Notes: generated from the letters alone by a model not told the origin. A stretch of 64,000 nt of DNA from Octopus vulgaris (GCA_951406725.2 OX597820.1:4526001-4590000); one strand, 5' to 3'. Positions 23,453-37,627 are shown, counted from the first letter of the stretch. Numbers and translations are program-made.

Positions 23453-24039
23453 GGTTGCTATTCTTAATTAAATATGGCCTCAATTGGGTACCCGGATATA
23501 AATATATAACTACATGATTGACTTCATTAGAGTTGGTGGTGGTGGTGATGGTGGTAGTATTTACAAATAACACAAAGTCACATGACTGCACAAGTTATTC
23601 CAGGTGGCGGCGGCAGTGGTGGTGGTGGTGGTTGTGGTGGTGGTGGTGGTGGTGGTAACTACAGCAACAACAATTTGTCGAATAAAACATTTTCTGATAT
23701 AACAATCTTCGTTGGTGGAAGCGTTTCTTTTGTTTTGCATTTGGAAATGTTCTGCTTCATATTGGGTCAAATATTTTCTTTGAGATTTGGTAACAGAGTG
23801 GGAAGGAGGGAGGGAAGAAGGAAGGAAATGGTGAGGTTGGGTGGGCATGGGGAAGGGCCAAGGTAGTAAGGTACATTCTGGTAACGAGATAGTTGTGTGT
23901 GTTGGATCTTGTTTTGATTATGTATATATGTGTATGTATATATATTCACATATGTGCATGTGTATATATGTGTGTGTATATATATGGAGATATATGTATG
24001 TGTGTGTCTTTTTGTCTCCCCCCTCCATATTTTGCTCCA

Positions 24040-24076
<37 letters not shown>

Positions 24077-24158
24077 GATATACATACATGCACACACTAA
24101 TACACCTGCTTATTGTTCGCACACCTGTTTTACTTTTGTTTTCTGTAAATTTGAACTA

Positions 24159-24201
<43 letters not shown>

Positions 24202-24204
24202 ATC

Positions 24205-24516
24205 AGTGCAGGAGTGGCTGTATGGTAAGTAGCTTGCTTACAAACCACATGGTTCTGGGTTCAGTCTCACTGCATGGCACCTTGGGGAAGTGTCTTCCAC
24301 TATAGCCTCAGGCTGACTAAAGCCATGTGAGTGAATTTGGTAGATGGAAATATGTATATGTTTGCTTGACAACCGGTACTGGTGTGTTTACATCTCCATA
24401 ACTTAGTGGTTCGGCAAAAGATAACTGATAGAATAAGTACTAGGCTTATAAAGAATAAGTCCTGGGTGCTGCAGCATGGCTGCAATCAAAATTACTGAAA
24501 CAAAGAAGAGAAAAGA
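24205..24516 (+). mobile_element. SINE family A (internal deletions)
   Basis: Head, CORE-like domain and tail present. Confidence 0.8.
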
Positions 24517-24519
24517 ATA

Positions 24520-24575
<56 letters not shown>

Positions 24576-24588
24576 TAAGAAAAGAATA

Positions 24589-24629
<41 letters not shown>

Positions 24630-24666
24630 AATCAAATCAAGACTTAACAATTATGTATTATTGCAG

Positions 24667-25053
24667 TGTGTGGAGGCACAATGGCCCAGTGGTTAGGGCA
24701 GCAGACTCGTGGTCCTAGGGTTGTGGTTTCGCTTCCCAGACCGAGCATTGTGAGCGTTTATTCAATGGAAACACCTAAAGGCTCCACGAGGCTCCGGCAG
24801 GGGGCGGTGGTGATCCCTGCTTTACTCTTTCACCACAACTTTCTCTCACTCTTACTTCCTGTTTCTGTTTTACCTGCATTTCAAAGGGGCCAGCCTTGTC
24901 ACACTTTGTGTCACGCTGAATCTCCTCGGGAACTACGTTAAGGGTACACGTGTCTGTGGAATACTCAGCCACTTGCACATTAATTTCACAAACAGGCTGT
25001 TCTGTTGATCGAATCAGCTGGGGCCCTCGTCGTCATATCCGACAGAGTGCCAC
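24667..25053 (+). mobile_element. tRNA-derived SINE with a family D 3' body and a different 5' region
   Basis: The head resembles 37628-37925; the 3' part matches 13680-13857. Confidence 0.75.
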
Positions 25054-25525
25054 AACTGCAGTGTGCCCCTCCCTAACCCTGTGTATTTGTGTGTGTGTGT
25101 GTGTACACCTGAATGAGCCCCACTGCTGTACTGTGCCAGCAGAGATTGAACCTCTGTCCCACACTTTTTAATCTCTCTCTTTACAGTTGCCCCTCCCCCC
25201 ATTATATACCACAGTAATGTTTCTCTCTCCCCCTCCCGTCGCCCTCTCCCTCTTTCTCCCCCCCATTTCTTTCTCCCTCACACATATTCACTGTTGTATA
25301 GACATGCATGCACACATTTGCAGTATACAGTCTATAGTTGTGTGTGTATACTGTACGACACACACACACATACACACACTACTGTAGAGTAATATATACT
25401 AATGCACAATTACACACACGCACACACACACACACACACCTCCACAGTGTACCTTACCTGTTTCACTTCTGTTACCTGTTCAGAGAGTTTTGAAGGTAAC
25501 TCCTTACTGTTTATGGTGGTCTTCA

Positions 25526-25617
<92 letters not shown>

Positions 25618-26257
25618 CGCAAGAGTGGCTATAGAGAGAGAGAGAGAGAGAGTATGTCTCTGCGTGTGTATGTATGTATGTATGTATGAGTGTATATATG
25701 TGTATCTATATATATGTATATATGTGTGTGTGTGTGTATATACATACAGAACTCCCTAAAAACACCTATTTCAGGATCATATTACACACTCATACACTTA
25801 CAGTTACACAGCCATATACTCTCACACACAATACAGTTTCTCTCCCCCATCTCTCTCTGTCTCTGTCTCACTCTCTCCCCCCCTCTTGCACAGTCTTATC
25901 CACTCACCTCTCCCCTCTTTCTGATCTTCAGTAGTCTCTCACCTGTACATATTGCAACATCACAGCCATCACCTGTCTTATTATTATTATAATAATAATC
26001 ACAAGAAGTTATTGTTGCTGTTGGAAGGGTCCAACCAGATCCCTATTGTGGTGGTTAAGGAACCCTTAGGTTATCTCCCATCTGGCATCACACTCTCTCC
26101 ATATGTCTGATACCACTGTGGTTTTTGCTATACTTTAGCGCCACCTAGCTGCAAACCTTACTGTAAACTCTGACATGGTCATGTGTTAGTGTTTTGGGGT
26201 TGAGGGGTGGCGAAGTGTATGTCCATTGTTGCTGAGTAACAAAGATACCAGTAATAT

Positions 26258-26572
26258 ACATCATCATCATCATTGTTTAATGTCTGTTTTCCAAGCTGGC
26301 ATGGGTTGGACGGTTCGACTGGGGTCTGGGAAGTCAGGAGGCTACACCAGGCCCCAATCTGATCTGGCAGTGTTTCTACAACTGGATGCCCTTCCTATTG
26401 CCAACCACTCTAAGAGTGTAGTAGGTGCTTTTTACGTGCCACTGGCACAGGAGCCAGAGGAGCTGGCATCGATCACGATCGGATGATGTTTTTTATGTGC
26501 CACCGACAGGGAAGCCAGCCAAAGCGGCACTGGCATCTTCCATGTTCGGATGGTGCTTTTTACGTGCTACCA
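26258..26572 (-). mobile_element. SINE-like family B
   Basis: (CAT)n tail plus family B body and 5' repeats. Confidence 0.8.
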
Positions 26573-26880
26573 TAGTACAAGCAAGATTCCTACAAGTGAC
26601 CACTAGTTGGCGCTGAGCTCGCAAATGCTCTCCTGACCGGCACAGCCTCTGCTCACTCTGTTCATGTGTTCATCTCGTTGTGGCAGCATCCCTATTGGTT
26701 TTTTTTCCAGTGTTTTGTGCGTTTTTTGCTATTATTCTGTAATAATTAGTTGTGTTAGCCATGGGTCTTAAGACGGTTAGTGCAAAGGACAGTTTTGGGA
26801 AGAAGGAAAAGCTGATTGCGATAGAATTGAAGAAGGAAATCATTGATAAACATGAGAGAGGAGTGCATGTAGTGGTGGAC

Positions 26881-27119
26881 ATCATCATCATCATCGTTTA
26901 ACGTCCGTTTTCCATGCTAGCATGGGTTGGATGGTTCGACCGGGGTCTGGGAAGCCAGGAGGCTGCACCAGGCTCCAGTCTGATCTGGCAGTGTTTCTAC
27001 AGCTGGATGTCCTTCCTAATGCCAACCACTCCATGAGTGTAGTGGGTGCTTTTTACGTGTCACTGGCACAGGTGCCAGGAGAGGCTGGCAACGGCCATGA
27101 TCGGTTGGTGCTTTTTACG
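26881..27119 (-). mobile_element. SINE-like family B nested in the Tigger transposase
   Basis: Interrupts the HTH-coding region. Confidence 0.85.
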
Positions 27120-27376
27120 ACTGAAGCATGTCGACAATCTGCACCATCCTGAAGAAAAAAAGATGAGATCAAGGCTGTTACAACAGCAAAGGATGTCTCC
27201 AGGCTCTCCAAGCAACGCATATCTGTTCAACAAAGGGATGGAAAAATTGCTTCACCTGTGGATCAATACGAAGCAACTCACAGGGAATACAATTGCAGAG
27301 ACCATCATCTGTGAGAAAGCAGGAGTGCTGTGTGAAGATCTCTTGAAGCAGAACCCTGGAACATCAACAGAGGAGA

Positions 27377-27645
27377 CATCATCATCGTTTAACGTCCGCT
27401 TTCCATGCTAGCATGGGTTGGACGATTTTGACTGAGGGCTGGTGAACCAGATGGCTGCACCAGGCTCCAATCTTGATCTGGCAGAGTTTCTACAGCTGGA
27501 TGCCCTTCCTAACACCAACCACTCCGAGAGTGTAGTGGGTGCTTTTTACGTGGGGCCAGTCAGGCAGTACTGGCAATGACCTCGCTCGAATCTTTTTACA
27601 CATGCCACCGGCACAGGTGCCAGCAAGGCGACGTTGGTAATGATC
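27377..27645 (-). mobile_element. SINE-like family B nested in the Tigger transposase
   Basis: Interrupts the reading after PGTSTEET. Confidence 0.85.
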
Positions 27646-29286
27646 TTAAAACCAGTCACAGCTGATTCAGTAATTTCGAGAAGAGGGCTGGTGTTCATAG
27701 CATCGTCAAGTATGGAGAAGCAGCGAGTTCTGACACAAAAGCAGCTGAGGGATACATTGCACAACAGGTATACAACTGTGATGAAATAGGCCTTTTTTGG
27801 GGAAAAAAAAAATGCCCAGAAGAACCTATATACTGCAGAGGAGAAGAAAACGCCAAGCCACCAACCTATGAAAGGTAGGTAAACTCTTACCCTTTGTGCC
27901 AATGTGAATGGAGACTTAAGATTAAGCTGTTCCTTGTCTATCATTCCGAAAACCCATGAGTGTTCAAGTCACAGAAAATCCTGAAGGAGAAGCTTCAGGT
28001 CATGTAGAGGGCAAGCATTAAAGCCTGGGTCATCTGGAAAATTCTTCACAGAGTGGGTCGACCTCGTCTTTGGACCAGCTGTGAAAAAGTACCTTCTGGA
28101 AAATAGTCCTCCTCTCAAGGCCCTCTTCATCTTCGACAATGCTCTTGCTTACCCTTTTAACCTTGAAGATAATATCCTGGTTAAATTTAAGTTCATAACA
28201 GTTCTGTACCTTTCATGCAACCCCACCCCTATTTTGCAACCCGTGGACCAACAGAGGATTTATAATTTTAAGAAATTGTACACCAAATATCTGTTTCGTT
28301 GTTGCTTTGAAGTCCCTGAAAATACATATCTAACCCTTCGCAAGTTTTGGAAGGAGCGCTACAACATTGTTAACTGTCTGAAAATCATTGATATGGCCTG
28401 GCAGGGTGTAACGAGAAGAACGATGAATTCTACATGGAGGAAACTGTGGCCTGACTGCGTATCTGAAAGAGACTTTGAGGGGTTTGAGTCTGAGACACCT
28501 GTGTCTCATGGAGATAGTGTTTCTTGGCAAGTCCATGGGCCTCGAGGTTGATGATGAGGACATTAATGATTTTGTCAAGGAACACTCAGAGGAACTCCTG
28601 CAGCTTCAGGAGCAGCAGCATTTAGATGCGGTGGAAGAGATTGGTTCCCTGGAGGAGGACAGTTAGCAGAGAGGGCTATCTCCTCTACAAGTGACATAAA
28701 GGCAGTGTTGGCAAAGTGGCAGTATGCTTTTGAATTTGTAGAAAGAAAATCATCCTGAACAAGCAGAAACCGGTCGTGCAGCTGTTTCATTTAATGACAG
28801 ATGCTCTGGCAGCGCATTTTTGTAACATTTTGAAAGACAGGAAAAAGCAGACTTCTCTTGATAGGTTTCTAATGAAGTGACCTGCATGTGTAAAAAGTGA
28901 AGGTGTCTCCAAGAAGCTTAAATTAAGCGGAGAGAGAAAATGCTAGAAATTGTTCTTCCTGCAGTTTTAATGGAAGATTCTCCTTCCAAACAATAATCCT
29001 CCTCCTCTTCGTTCCATTGTCTTCCTTGTGCACAAATCATCCCATCGTTAAAGGTAATTAAATTAATAAAACCAGTTTGCATATTTCTTTTGCATTCTCT
29101 TTCTTCTTATAATTGCCATTTTTCTTGTAATTACCACTTTTCTGTTTTAAAACCCATAAAAATATGACTTTTTGGTGGTTTTGATGGGTTTTCCATGGCG
29201 AAAATTCCATGGCGAAAGTTCAGACATGGAACGAATTAAGCTCATACTGCAAAGTATCACTGGGTATATATGTGTGTGTGTCTGTG

Positions 29287-29328
<42 letters not shown>

Positions 29329-29394
29329 TATGTATTATATATATATATACATATACATATGTATTATCTGAGACCCCCTATGGTCACGACACAG

Positions 29395-29708
29395 AACATG
29401 GGATTGCACCTAGAAAGTTACCCTCTGAGGCACAAGTCCAGGCAAGGTTGTTTATGGAAGACCAGCAGTCGCCCATGCATACCAGCCTCCCCTCTCCACA
29501 CCACTGATGTTATCCAAGGGAAAGGCAAAGGGGCCGATACAGCTTGGCACCAGTGATGTTGCAACTCATTTCTACAGCTGAGTGAACTGGAACAACGTGA
29601 AATAAAGTGTCTTGCTCAAGAACACAACACACAGCCCAGTCCAGGATTCGAGCTCACAACCTCACGATTGTAAGCTCGATGCTCTAACCACTGAGACATG
29701 TGCCTTCA
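29395..29708 (-). mobile_element. tRNA-derived SINE, family D/E
   Basis: Minus-strand head ctcagtggttagagc...gctcgaatcc, then ttgtgttcttgagcaagacac. Confidence 0.85.
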
Positions 29709-29762
29709 CACATATACACACATATACATATGTATTATATATATGTATATACACACACATAC

Positions 29763-29799
<37 letters not shown>

Positions 29800-30716
29800 C
29801 ATATATACACACATACACATATATCTCAAGGCATACTCATGCATATATGTATATCTGGGTATATGTATATACACACACACACATGCATTCATACATATAT
29901 GTATATATGTGTGTGTGTGTCTGTGTGTCTGTGCATGAAGATGCTTACGGTGATGTTCGTTCTAATGATGACTGGGTTAAGATGTGAGTGATGGCAACAG
30001 CAGCAGCACTACTACTACTACTACTACTACTACTAACTAGTAGTAGTAGTAGTAGTAGTTGTAGTAGTAGTAACAGAAGTAGAAAACCCCTAAACAGTTG
30101 AATTTAGTTGTAGAATCAGCTGTAAAAACTGCCATTGTATGTTTATTAGTCTTCTGCATTCCTTACTTACCTATTTCTGTGTCTGAGAATAGTTCCATTG
30201 GCTTGTCAGTACCATTATGAAACACATTATCTCTCAAATTCCACTCTTAGATATCTCTTCTTTGAAATAATTACACGTTTCTTTTGGTTGGTTGGTTTGT
30301 TTGTTTGTTTGTTTCATTCTTTACCATTCCGTACTTGGTTCCAATTCTGTTGTTTCATGTCTACAATTCCATGCCTGCTTTCTGAAGACCATCATTCTTG
30401 TGAAGGAATTTTTCTTCGTTTCACTCTGAACTCTGTAGTTAGTTACACACTGCTTCTGCCGTACACTGTGTCTTCCCCTGCCCTATATTATCATTATGTG
30501 CACAGAGTTTACAAACAACAAGCTGAAATAACTTTCTAGCCCCTTTCTCCCCCTACTCACTAATTTACCCCCCTTCCTCGTGATATATATATTTGGCAAT
30601 TACCACATTTACTTGTGTGTAAGTCACACCCCAAATTTAGTTTTAAATCTTGGTATGAAAAGCCAAAGTTGGCATCTTTGAATGTGGTTTCCATCCATAG
30701 CTCTGGTCATGGATGT

Positions 30717-30925
30717 TCATCATCATCATTGTTCGACCGTGGTCGAGACAATGGAATTTACCATGCTACGCCAGACTTCACGGTCCATCATGGCATTACG
30801 GAGGTCCTGTTGCTGGATGCCTGTATCCCTGGAGATTACATCAGGAATCAGGGTAGGAGAGTGTGCGCCCTCTGGTATTGCGAGCAGATGGCTTCCAGAG
30901 GAGAAGTTGGGTAATGACCAAATGA
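30717..30925 (-). mobile_element. RTE-clade LINE 3' end
   Basis: LLLWKPSARNTRGRTLSYPD / VISRDTGIQQQDLRNAMMDREVWRSMV* followed by a (TGA)n tail. Confidence 0.7.
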
Positions 30926-31014
30926 GTGCAATCATCAATACAAGTAACGGAAATTGGGGTTCTTCTTCTGAAGGGTCTTTGGAGTAATGTTACTCTACAG
31001 GGTTCATAGTTCAG

Positions 31015-31334
31015 GGGTCTGGGAATCTCTCCAGGTCGACCTGTTACTTCTCTGCATCGAGAAGTCATGGCTCTGGTACTACGGACGTATGATTAGAATG
31101 TCGCAGGGAAGGATCACAAGATGGATTCTGCAAGTGGCGTCAAATGGCAGGAGGCCCAGAGTAAACCAAGAATGGATAATATCTATAGACTCAGTTGATC
31201 ACTCTTGAAAATCAAGCCAGAAAGTCTAATGATCGTTACTTCTGATTGGACTCTATGAAGGAACTGTCCAAAGATCCCACCTCCATCACCCTCCCACGAA
31301 TATCACATGGACAAAACGGATGGATGGATGGATC
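31015..31334 (+). mobile_element. Decayed RTE-like LINE 3' end
   Basis: LLLCIEKSWLWYYGRMIRMSQGRITRWILQ...GRRPR resembles the RTE LRW.GH..RM...GRRPRGRP motif; (GGAT)n tail. Confidence 0.55.
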
Positions 31335-32375
31335 TTGGTACCAAATTTATTTTCCTTTCATATTCAAACTTGATATTACTTTCCCCTATGTAGAAGTCGC
31401 ACACTAGTTTTCTCGGTTAAAGTTGTGTATAAAATACCATGGCTTTTCACGATAATTAACATTTCCTTCTTCAACCATAATTAACATGTTTAATTGACAT
31501 ATGGACTCAATATCTGAATATCTCCTGTCTATCAGTCGTGGCATGCTTTATGAGAAAGCTTAGGAGCAATAGCAGGAACTGTCAAAGAGAACTTCCTGAC
31601 AGTTCTTACATTATCATGGAATCAGAGTTTAGTGCTGGTGGTGGTGGTGGTGGTGGTGGTGGTGGTGGTGGTGGTGGAGGTGGGGGGGGACAGTATGGCA
31701 GTGATGTCTTTGGAGAAAAGACTCTAATTGGAAATTAGTGTTGAGTTTCAAGACTTACAGTAAGGACTTATATTGCTACAATACATATGCAATCCCTAAC
31801 ACATGCACATGCACACCAGTGCATGCATACACACCCACCAACATGCGTGCACCCATGCATACATCAACAGACGGAGGGGATCAAATCACTTGTGACACTC
31901 CTGACATTATTTCACATGACGATGTGGTTCGAGGGAGGTTTAGCTACTATTTTTAACTGGTGGAGCTAACATATAAAGGTTGGTAAATGCAACTAGAGTT
32001 GAACATTTTATAAGCACAGATTGAATTCAAGGTTTTGCAGAAGGCCAGGAAATTCGGGAAGAATGAGAAGAGAGAGAGAGAGAGTGAAATGTGAGACAAC
32101 AAAGAGAAGACGGAATTGATTTGGCAGAGATAAAGGATTTGATAGAATGGATAAAATTTTGTTTATGGTTGTTTGGGGTGATTTATGTCTTCTGTGTGAC
32201 AGATCAACCAAATCTATTTTGTGTAACAGATACGGAGTTAGAGAGGTTATTAATTATAAGACACACACACACACACGCATACATATCACCTGTATACATA
32301 CACACAGCACATGTATATACTCCACACCACATGCTATCCCATATTCATAGTTGCAAATACACAAATACACACACT

Positions 32376-32410
<35 letters not shown>

Positions 32411-34397
32411 ACACACACACACACACTGGCACACAATAATGTATATATATAGCACATACATACACATGCAATACCGGCATATAACTTAGAATAACTTAGA
32501 AAGGTTTTGGCCAGTATCGGCCCAGGCCATGTATAACTTAATACCACCTATACAAATACATTAAACTTGTGCATATACAACGTACACATACACACAAACA
32601 CATGTGCGTGTGCACACACACACACACACACACTGCTACACACTTAGTCCAACACAGAAGCCTTTACTGAAGATGGACAGAATCGGTGGAGCAACAGACA
32701 ATTGCTATGTAATATTTAGTTATTTCTTCTCAGGGTCTGTGTTCATATCTCACTGAAATTCACACTGTCATCTCCCTCCCCAGGGTAAAAACAGTGTACC
32801 AGTCATGTACGAGGGTTGGTTTATTTTGTCATAAACCATCCTACATTCCACGTTACAAATCATCCCCATGTTATAAAGCACCCCACATGTTATAAACCAC
32901 CCTAGCTTTTTACAAAGCATCGGACATCTTACGAAGCATCCTACATGTTATAAACCAGGCATTGGCAACTTTTTCCCCCAAAAGTGGGCCACATGAGGCT
33001 TGGATCCTCACCAGTGAGGCTGTACTGCTAAAAGACTTTTAGGTAATTCTTTGATGGCAAGGTATTCACAAAGTCCCGTGGGTCACAGTTTGCTTATGAC
33101 TGTTATCAAACCCCCTCCCCTATGGGAGCAGAATTATTCAAGTAAGGAGGGACAATCTCCTATTTTCCTTTCTTCAGATAATAGTTTTGTCCAAATCATT
33201 GATTGCTGCATAGTCCAATATTGTCTGGTATAGTCTTGTAAAGCTATGATATGGTCGCAGATACCACCACCACCATCACCACCACCACTTTTGCTATCTT
33301 TACTGTTCCCTCAGCCATTCTATCGCTGCTCCATCAATAAACCGAAGCCACAGAAAACCATCCAGAAATGCTGACAAAAGTGATTCAGGTGGGAGTCGAA
33401 GATAGTCTGGGTGATATGAGATAAGAATTCTGGAGTGGATGGCGCAAACGGAATATGTTACCGATGACTTAACTGTCAATATTTTATGCTGACAGTGCCA
33501 CTGAGTAATTTACCCTAAAGCTGCAAATACCCCAACCGAGGGAACACTCATAACCGATTTTATTATAGACAACATAACTTGTCAGGAGAAGATCTTACTG
33601 GTACACACTATCAGTAGCAGAGGCAACGCTGAGGCCTTCCTACCATGCCACACACTGCCAATCAGGCCCAGCTCGTGTTTGTCAAATCTTTGTTCCTTAA
33701 TAGATGTAAGTGTTGTTTGCCAAATGCAGTATTTATGTTTGGCATTTGAAGAACTGTTCTGTATAACCCTAGTTCAACCATTCTGGACTTCAGAGACCTT
33801 CTTTGACATTCGCTCAACCATTTCACTTCCCACTGACTCCCATAACAGCCCAGTTTTAGGGTTGATATCAAGTTTTCGAACTTCTCGAATTGTTAGATGA
33901 GAGACGGACATTTAGAGTTTTCGAAGATTTCAAGAGAAAAGTAAGACAATTCCTGGATAAAGAACTCTCTTTGGGGATAAAAAAGAAAACATCGTATAGG
34001 TGCGTTAGCTGTGACTTCAATTATTTTCCGTTCGGAAGTTTCCAGCGCGATGTCAATCATTTTGTTACCATAGTTACAACACGAAAGAAAGAAAAAAAAG
34101 AAAAAAATCAACACTGGAATATTTCAGTTAGAGGGAACTAACTCTTTTAGGAATATGTTCAGAGTTATCCCCCTTGACAATTTCATATTTATTGAGCTTC
34201 AGCTTTTTTGTTCTTTTTAAATCCGTCCTTTACATTCTGTAGGGACAGGGACATTTAAAGGTCAGGCTTAGGGAGTCCTTCTCAATGGAAGGGGCCATGA
34301 CTTCTTTAATAATTACTTCCCTCTACACCGTCATTAACCATTTTACATATAAACTGGAAACGAAAAGCCACTGGTCATTGGCGAAGAACCGATGTCC

Positions 34398-34787
34398 TTA
34401 CTCTTTTACTGCGGCCATGCTGGAGCATCGCCTTTAATCGAGCAACTCGACCCCGGTACTTATTCTTTTGTAAGCCCAGTACTTATTCTATCGGTCTATT
34501 TTGCCGAACCGCTTAGTAACGGGGACGTAAACACACCAGCATCGGTTGTCAAGCAATGCTAGGGGGACAAGCACAGACACACACACACACACACACACAC
34601 ACATATTTATATATACATATATACGACGGGCTTCTTTCAGTTTCCGTCTACCAAATCCACTCACAAGGCTTTGGTCGACCCGAGGCTATAGTAGAAGACA
34701 CTTGCCCAAGGTGCCATGCAGTCGGACTGAACCCGGAACCATGTGGTTGGTTAGCAAGCTATTTACCACACAGCCACTCCTGCGCCT
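34398..34787 (-). mobile_element. SINE family A, full length
   Basis: High similarity to 7896-8310. Confidence 0.9.
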
Positions 34788-35315
34788 TGTTAAATTGATT
34801 CTAACAACGAGATTCCAATAAAAGCATCGCCGTCTCTTAGAATTCCATTCACATCTTCGACGCTCCATCGAAATTGTGGTCCGATCTTCAGTACAAAGTA
34901 GTTCGATCTCAGAAGTTTGAAGGACAAAGCCGACCTCGGCGAAATTCGAACTCAGAACGGGAAAAGCGGTTACAAAATAGCACAAGGTGTTTTGTCCGAT
35001 GCTCTCCCGATTTTTCCAGTTCTTCACTAAATTTTATCCGATTTGGATTGTTTTGCGTCTCATTGAAACGGAGATAGTTTCGGATCAAGAGTTTGGAAGA
35101 TTCAAACCGTGAATGAACATCATTATTCATTTTATTCCCGGGTTCAATTCGTCTTCTTCAGTGTGTCAGCGCTTCTTATAATCAAAGTTTCCTTACAGAT
35201 CTGCATGAACAGGTGATCGAATCGATTTTATCAACTGATCCTAACAAAATCGATCTCGAACAGGATTTTAATCTGTGACGCTGAGTGAGGAATGTCAACA
35301 TATATAGACTGTTTA

Positions 35316-35440
35316 TATTATATAGAGGGCACTATTACACATAGATGCCTCACGCTAGGAGGGACTCTTAAAATCAAAACTACTAAAGGAGTCCCTCTTA
35401 GCGTGAGGCATCTATGTGTAATAGTGCCCTCTATATAATA
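35316..35440. repeat. Near-perfect inverted repeat, ~52-bp arms
   Basis: 35316-35367 pairs with 35389-35440 with about one mismatch. Confidence 0.9.
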
Positions 35441-35619
35441 CAAATAAATAAATTCAAAGGAAAAACAATTAATGATTTTTTTTCTCTTATGAGGTTTTTC
35501 ACGCTAACTACTTGATAAATTCTTAAGAAGATTTTATCCTATTTTTAAATTATATATAGACTGTTGTAGAGAAAGGTTTTTATATTTTGGATAGAGATTC
35601 CAAACTGTGGCATTATTGC

Positions 35620-35754
35620 CTCTCTCTCTCTCTTCCTCTCTCCCCTCTCTCTGTCTGTCTGTCTGTCTCTCTCTTCCTCTCTGTCCCTCCCTCTCTCTCT
35701 CTCCCTCCCTCCCCCTCTCTCTCTCTCCCTCCCTCCCCCTCTCTCTGTCTCTGC

Positions 35755-35813
<59 letters not shown>

Positions 35814-35828
35814 ACACACACACACACA
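35620..35828. repeat. (CT)n/(CCCT)n/(CA)n microsatellite
   Basis: Direct reading. Confidence 0.95.
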
Positions 35829-36355
35829 AAGACGTTTAACAAACATTGAAAGACTTTCGTCATGTTTCCTTGCTGTGTTTTTTTCCTTTTTATGAAACTC
35901 GCCATCCTTTTCACCATTTCTACATCTTCAACGATGATGATATTACGAAACAAACAATATAATAATAATAATAAAACAACTGCTTCTATCGATCCTGCAT
36001 ATAGACCCCACCCCACTCTCCTCCGCGCCACTTCCACCCTCTCTGCTATTTAAACTTTAATAAACCACAATTATTTCCTCATAATTCATTCATTGGCCTT
36101 CGTCAAAAGCGAGCCACCTACAGTTGTCTCCCTTACTCTTTTTCCCTCTTTATTTTGTTTTTGAGTCGGTCTACAGCTGTGTAGACTCGAGGCCCCATCT
36201 TAGAAGCACTGGGTCTCAACTATTTTCCTTTTGTGGACCTCAGTGATTCCTCTTTTGCTCTACTGGACCTCCATAACCATTTGATGTCTATAAAAACATC
36301 CTACTGTATTTTTATAATTATCAGGAATTGTATATATATATATAAAAAAAATATT

Positions 36356-36557
36356 CTTTTCTACGCTAGGTACAAGGCCCGAAATTTTGGGGGAGTGGGG
36401 GGGGGGGGGGCAGTCGAATTAGATCGACCTCAGTACGCAACTGGTACTTAATTTATCGACCTTGAAAGGATCAAAGGGAAAGTCGGCCTTGACAGAATTT
36501 GAGCTCAGAACGTAACGACAGACGAAATACTGCTAAGCATTTCGCCCGGAGTGCTAA
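36356..36557 (-). mobile_element. SINE family C
   Basis: Reverse complement of the family C central domain. Confidence 0.8.
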
Positions 36558-36576
36558 ATTGTATAAAAAATATTAT

Positions 36577-36983
36577 CTTTTACTCTTCTACTTGTTTCAG
36601 TCATTTGACTGCGGCCATGCTGGAGCACCGCCTTTAGTCGAGCAAATCGACCCCGGGACTTATTCTTTGTAAGCCCAGTACTTATTCTATCGGTGTCTTT
36701 TGCCGAACCGCTAAGTGATGGGGGACGTAAACACACCAGCATCGGTTGTCAAGCAATGCTAGGGGGACAAACACAGACACACAAACACACACGCACACAT
36801 ATATACATATATATACATATATACGACGGGCTTCTTTCAGTTTCCGTCTACCAAATCCACTCACAAGGCTTTGGTCGGGCCAAGGCTATAGCAGAAGACA
36901 CCCAAGGTGCCACGCAGTGGGACTGAACCTGGAACCATGTGGTTGGTAAGCAAGCCACTTACCACACAGCCACTCCTGTGCCT
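36577..36983 (-). mobile_element. SINE family A, full length
   Basis: High similarity to 7896-8310. Confidence 0.9.
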
Positions 36984-37627
36984 TTAAAATTTTTTTAAAT
37001 ATTATATTTTATTGTAGATGTATAAACAATTTATTGCACAAATTTTAACAACAAAATCTTATATGTCCTTCCCCCCCCGGGGGTGGGATGGGGGGCATAT
37101 GGCACCTAGTTGAGAACCACTCACCTATAGTCTCTACCTGTAATTGGCTGATCTAAGCAAGATCTATGATTGTTCAGTGGTGTAGTTGCTAGTCTTTTGC
37201 TGTTTGGATCTAAGATTGGTCTATAGCTGACTGTGGTCTATAACTGTATAGACTGGTCTATAACTGCAGCAAGGCTTTTCGAATGAAATACAGTTATAGT
37301 TACTAATATTAGAAAGAAAAAAAAAAGAAGAAAAAAAAGAACTAAACTTGTAAGTTTTCAACCATGTGATTCATGTTTCTTTCACCACATGAAACTACAT
37401 GTTTCAAGTTGTTTTACATTTACAAAGTTATTCTGTTTCAAATTCTTGAATTTATTATTTCAGTATCAAATTCTACCTGCAATGACTTAATAATTATCTC
37501 CTAATTACTAATTACCTCATCATCAAATCATTAAGTGTTGCCTAACCATTACCTTGTATCTGATTAACTGCCTAACTTTTATCCGACTGTTATCTAACTA
37601 TCATCCTAATTATTACCTATCATCTAC

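Larger units (their letters stand above)
26761..28880 (+). pseudogene. Decayed pogo/Tigger (TIGD1-like) DDD transposase interrupted by two SINEs; element extends to ~29262
   Basis: Segments IELKKEIIDKHERGV, STICTILK, MEKLLHLWINTKQLTG.TI.E.IICEKA, QQVYNCDEIGLFW.KMPRRTY, LTLCAN.NGD, YHSENP, FDNA, LQPVDQQ, WRKLWPDCVSERDFEGF, KQTSLDRFL, with multiple stops and frameshifts; TIR-like ...atcactg at 29262. Confidence 0.9.

Noticed and set aside
35825-35920. Possible minus-strand first coding exon (MVKRMASFIKRKKTQQGNMTKVFQCLLNV)
   Set aside because: No recognisable homology or clear splice donor; it runs into a microsatellite.
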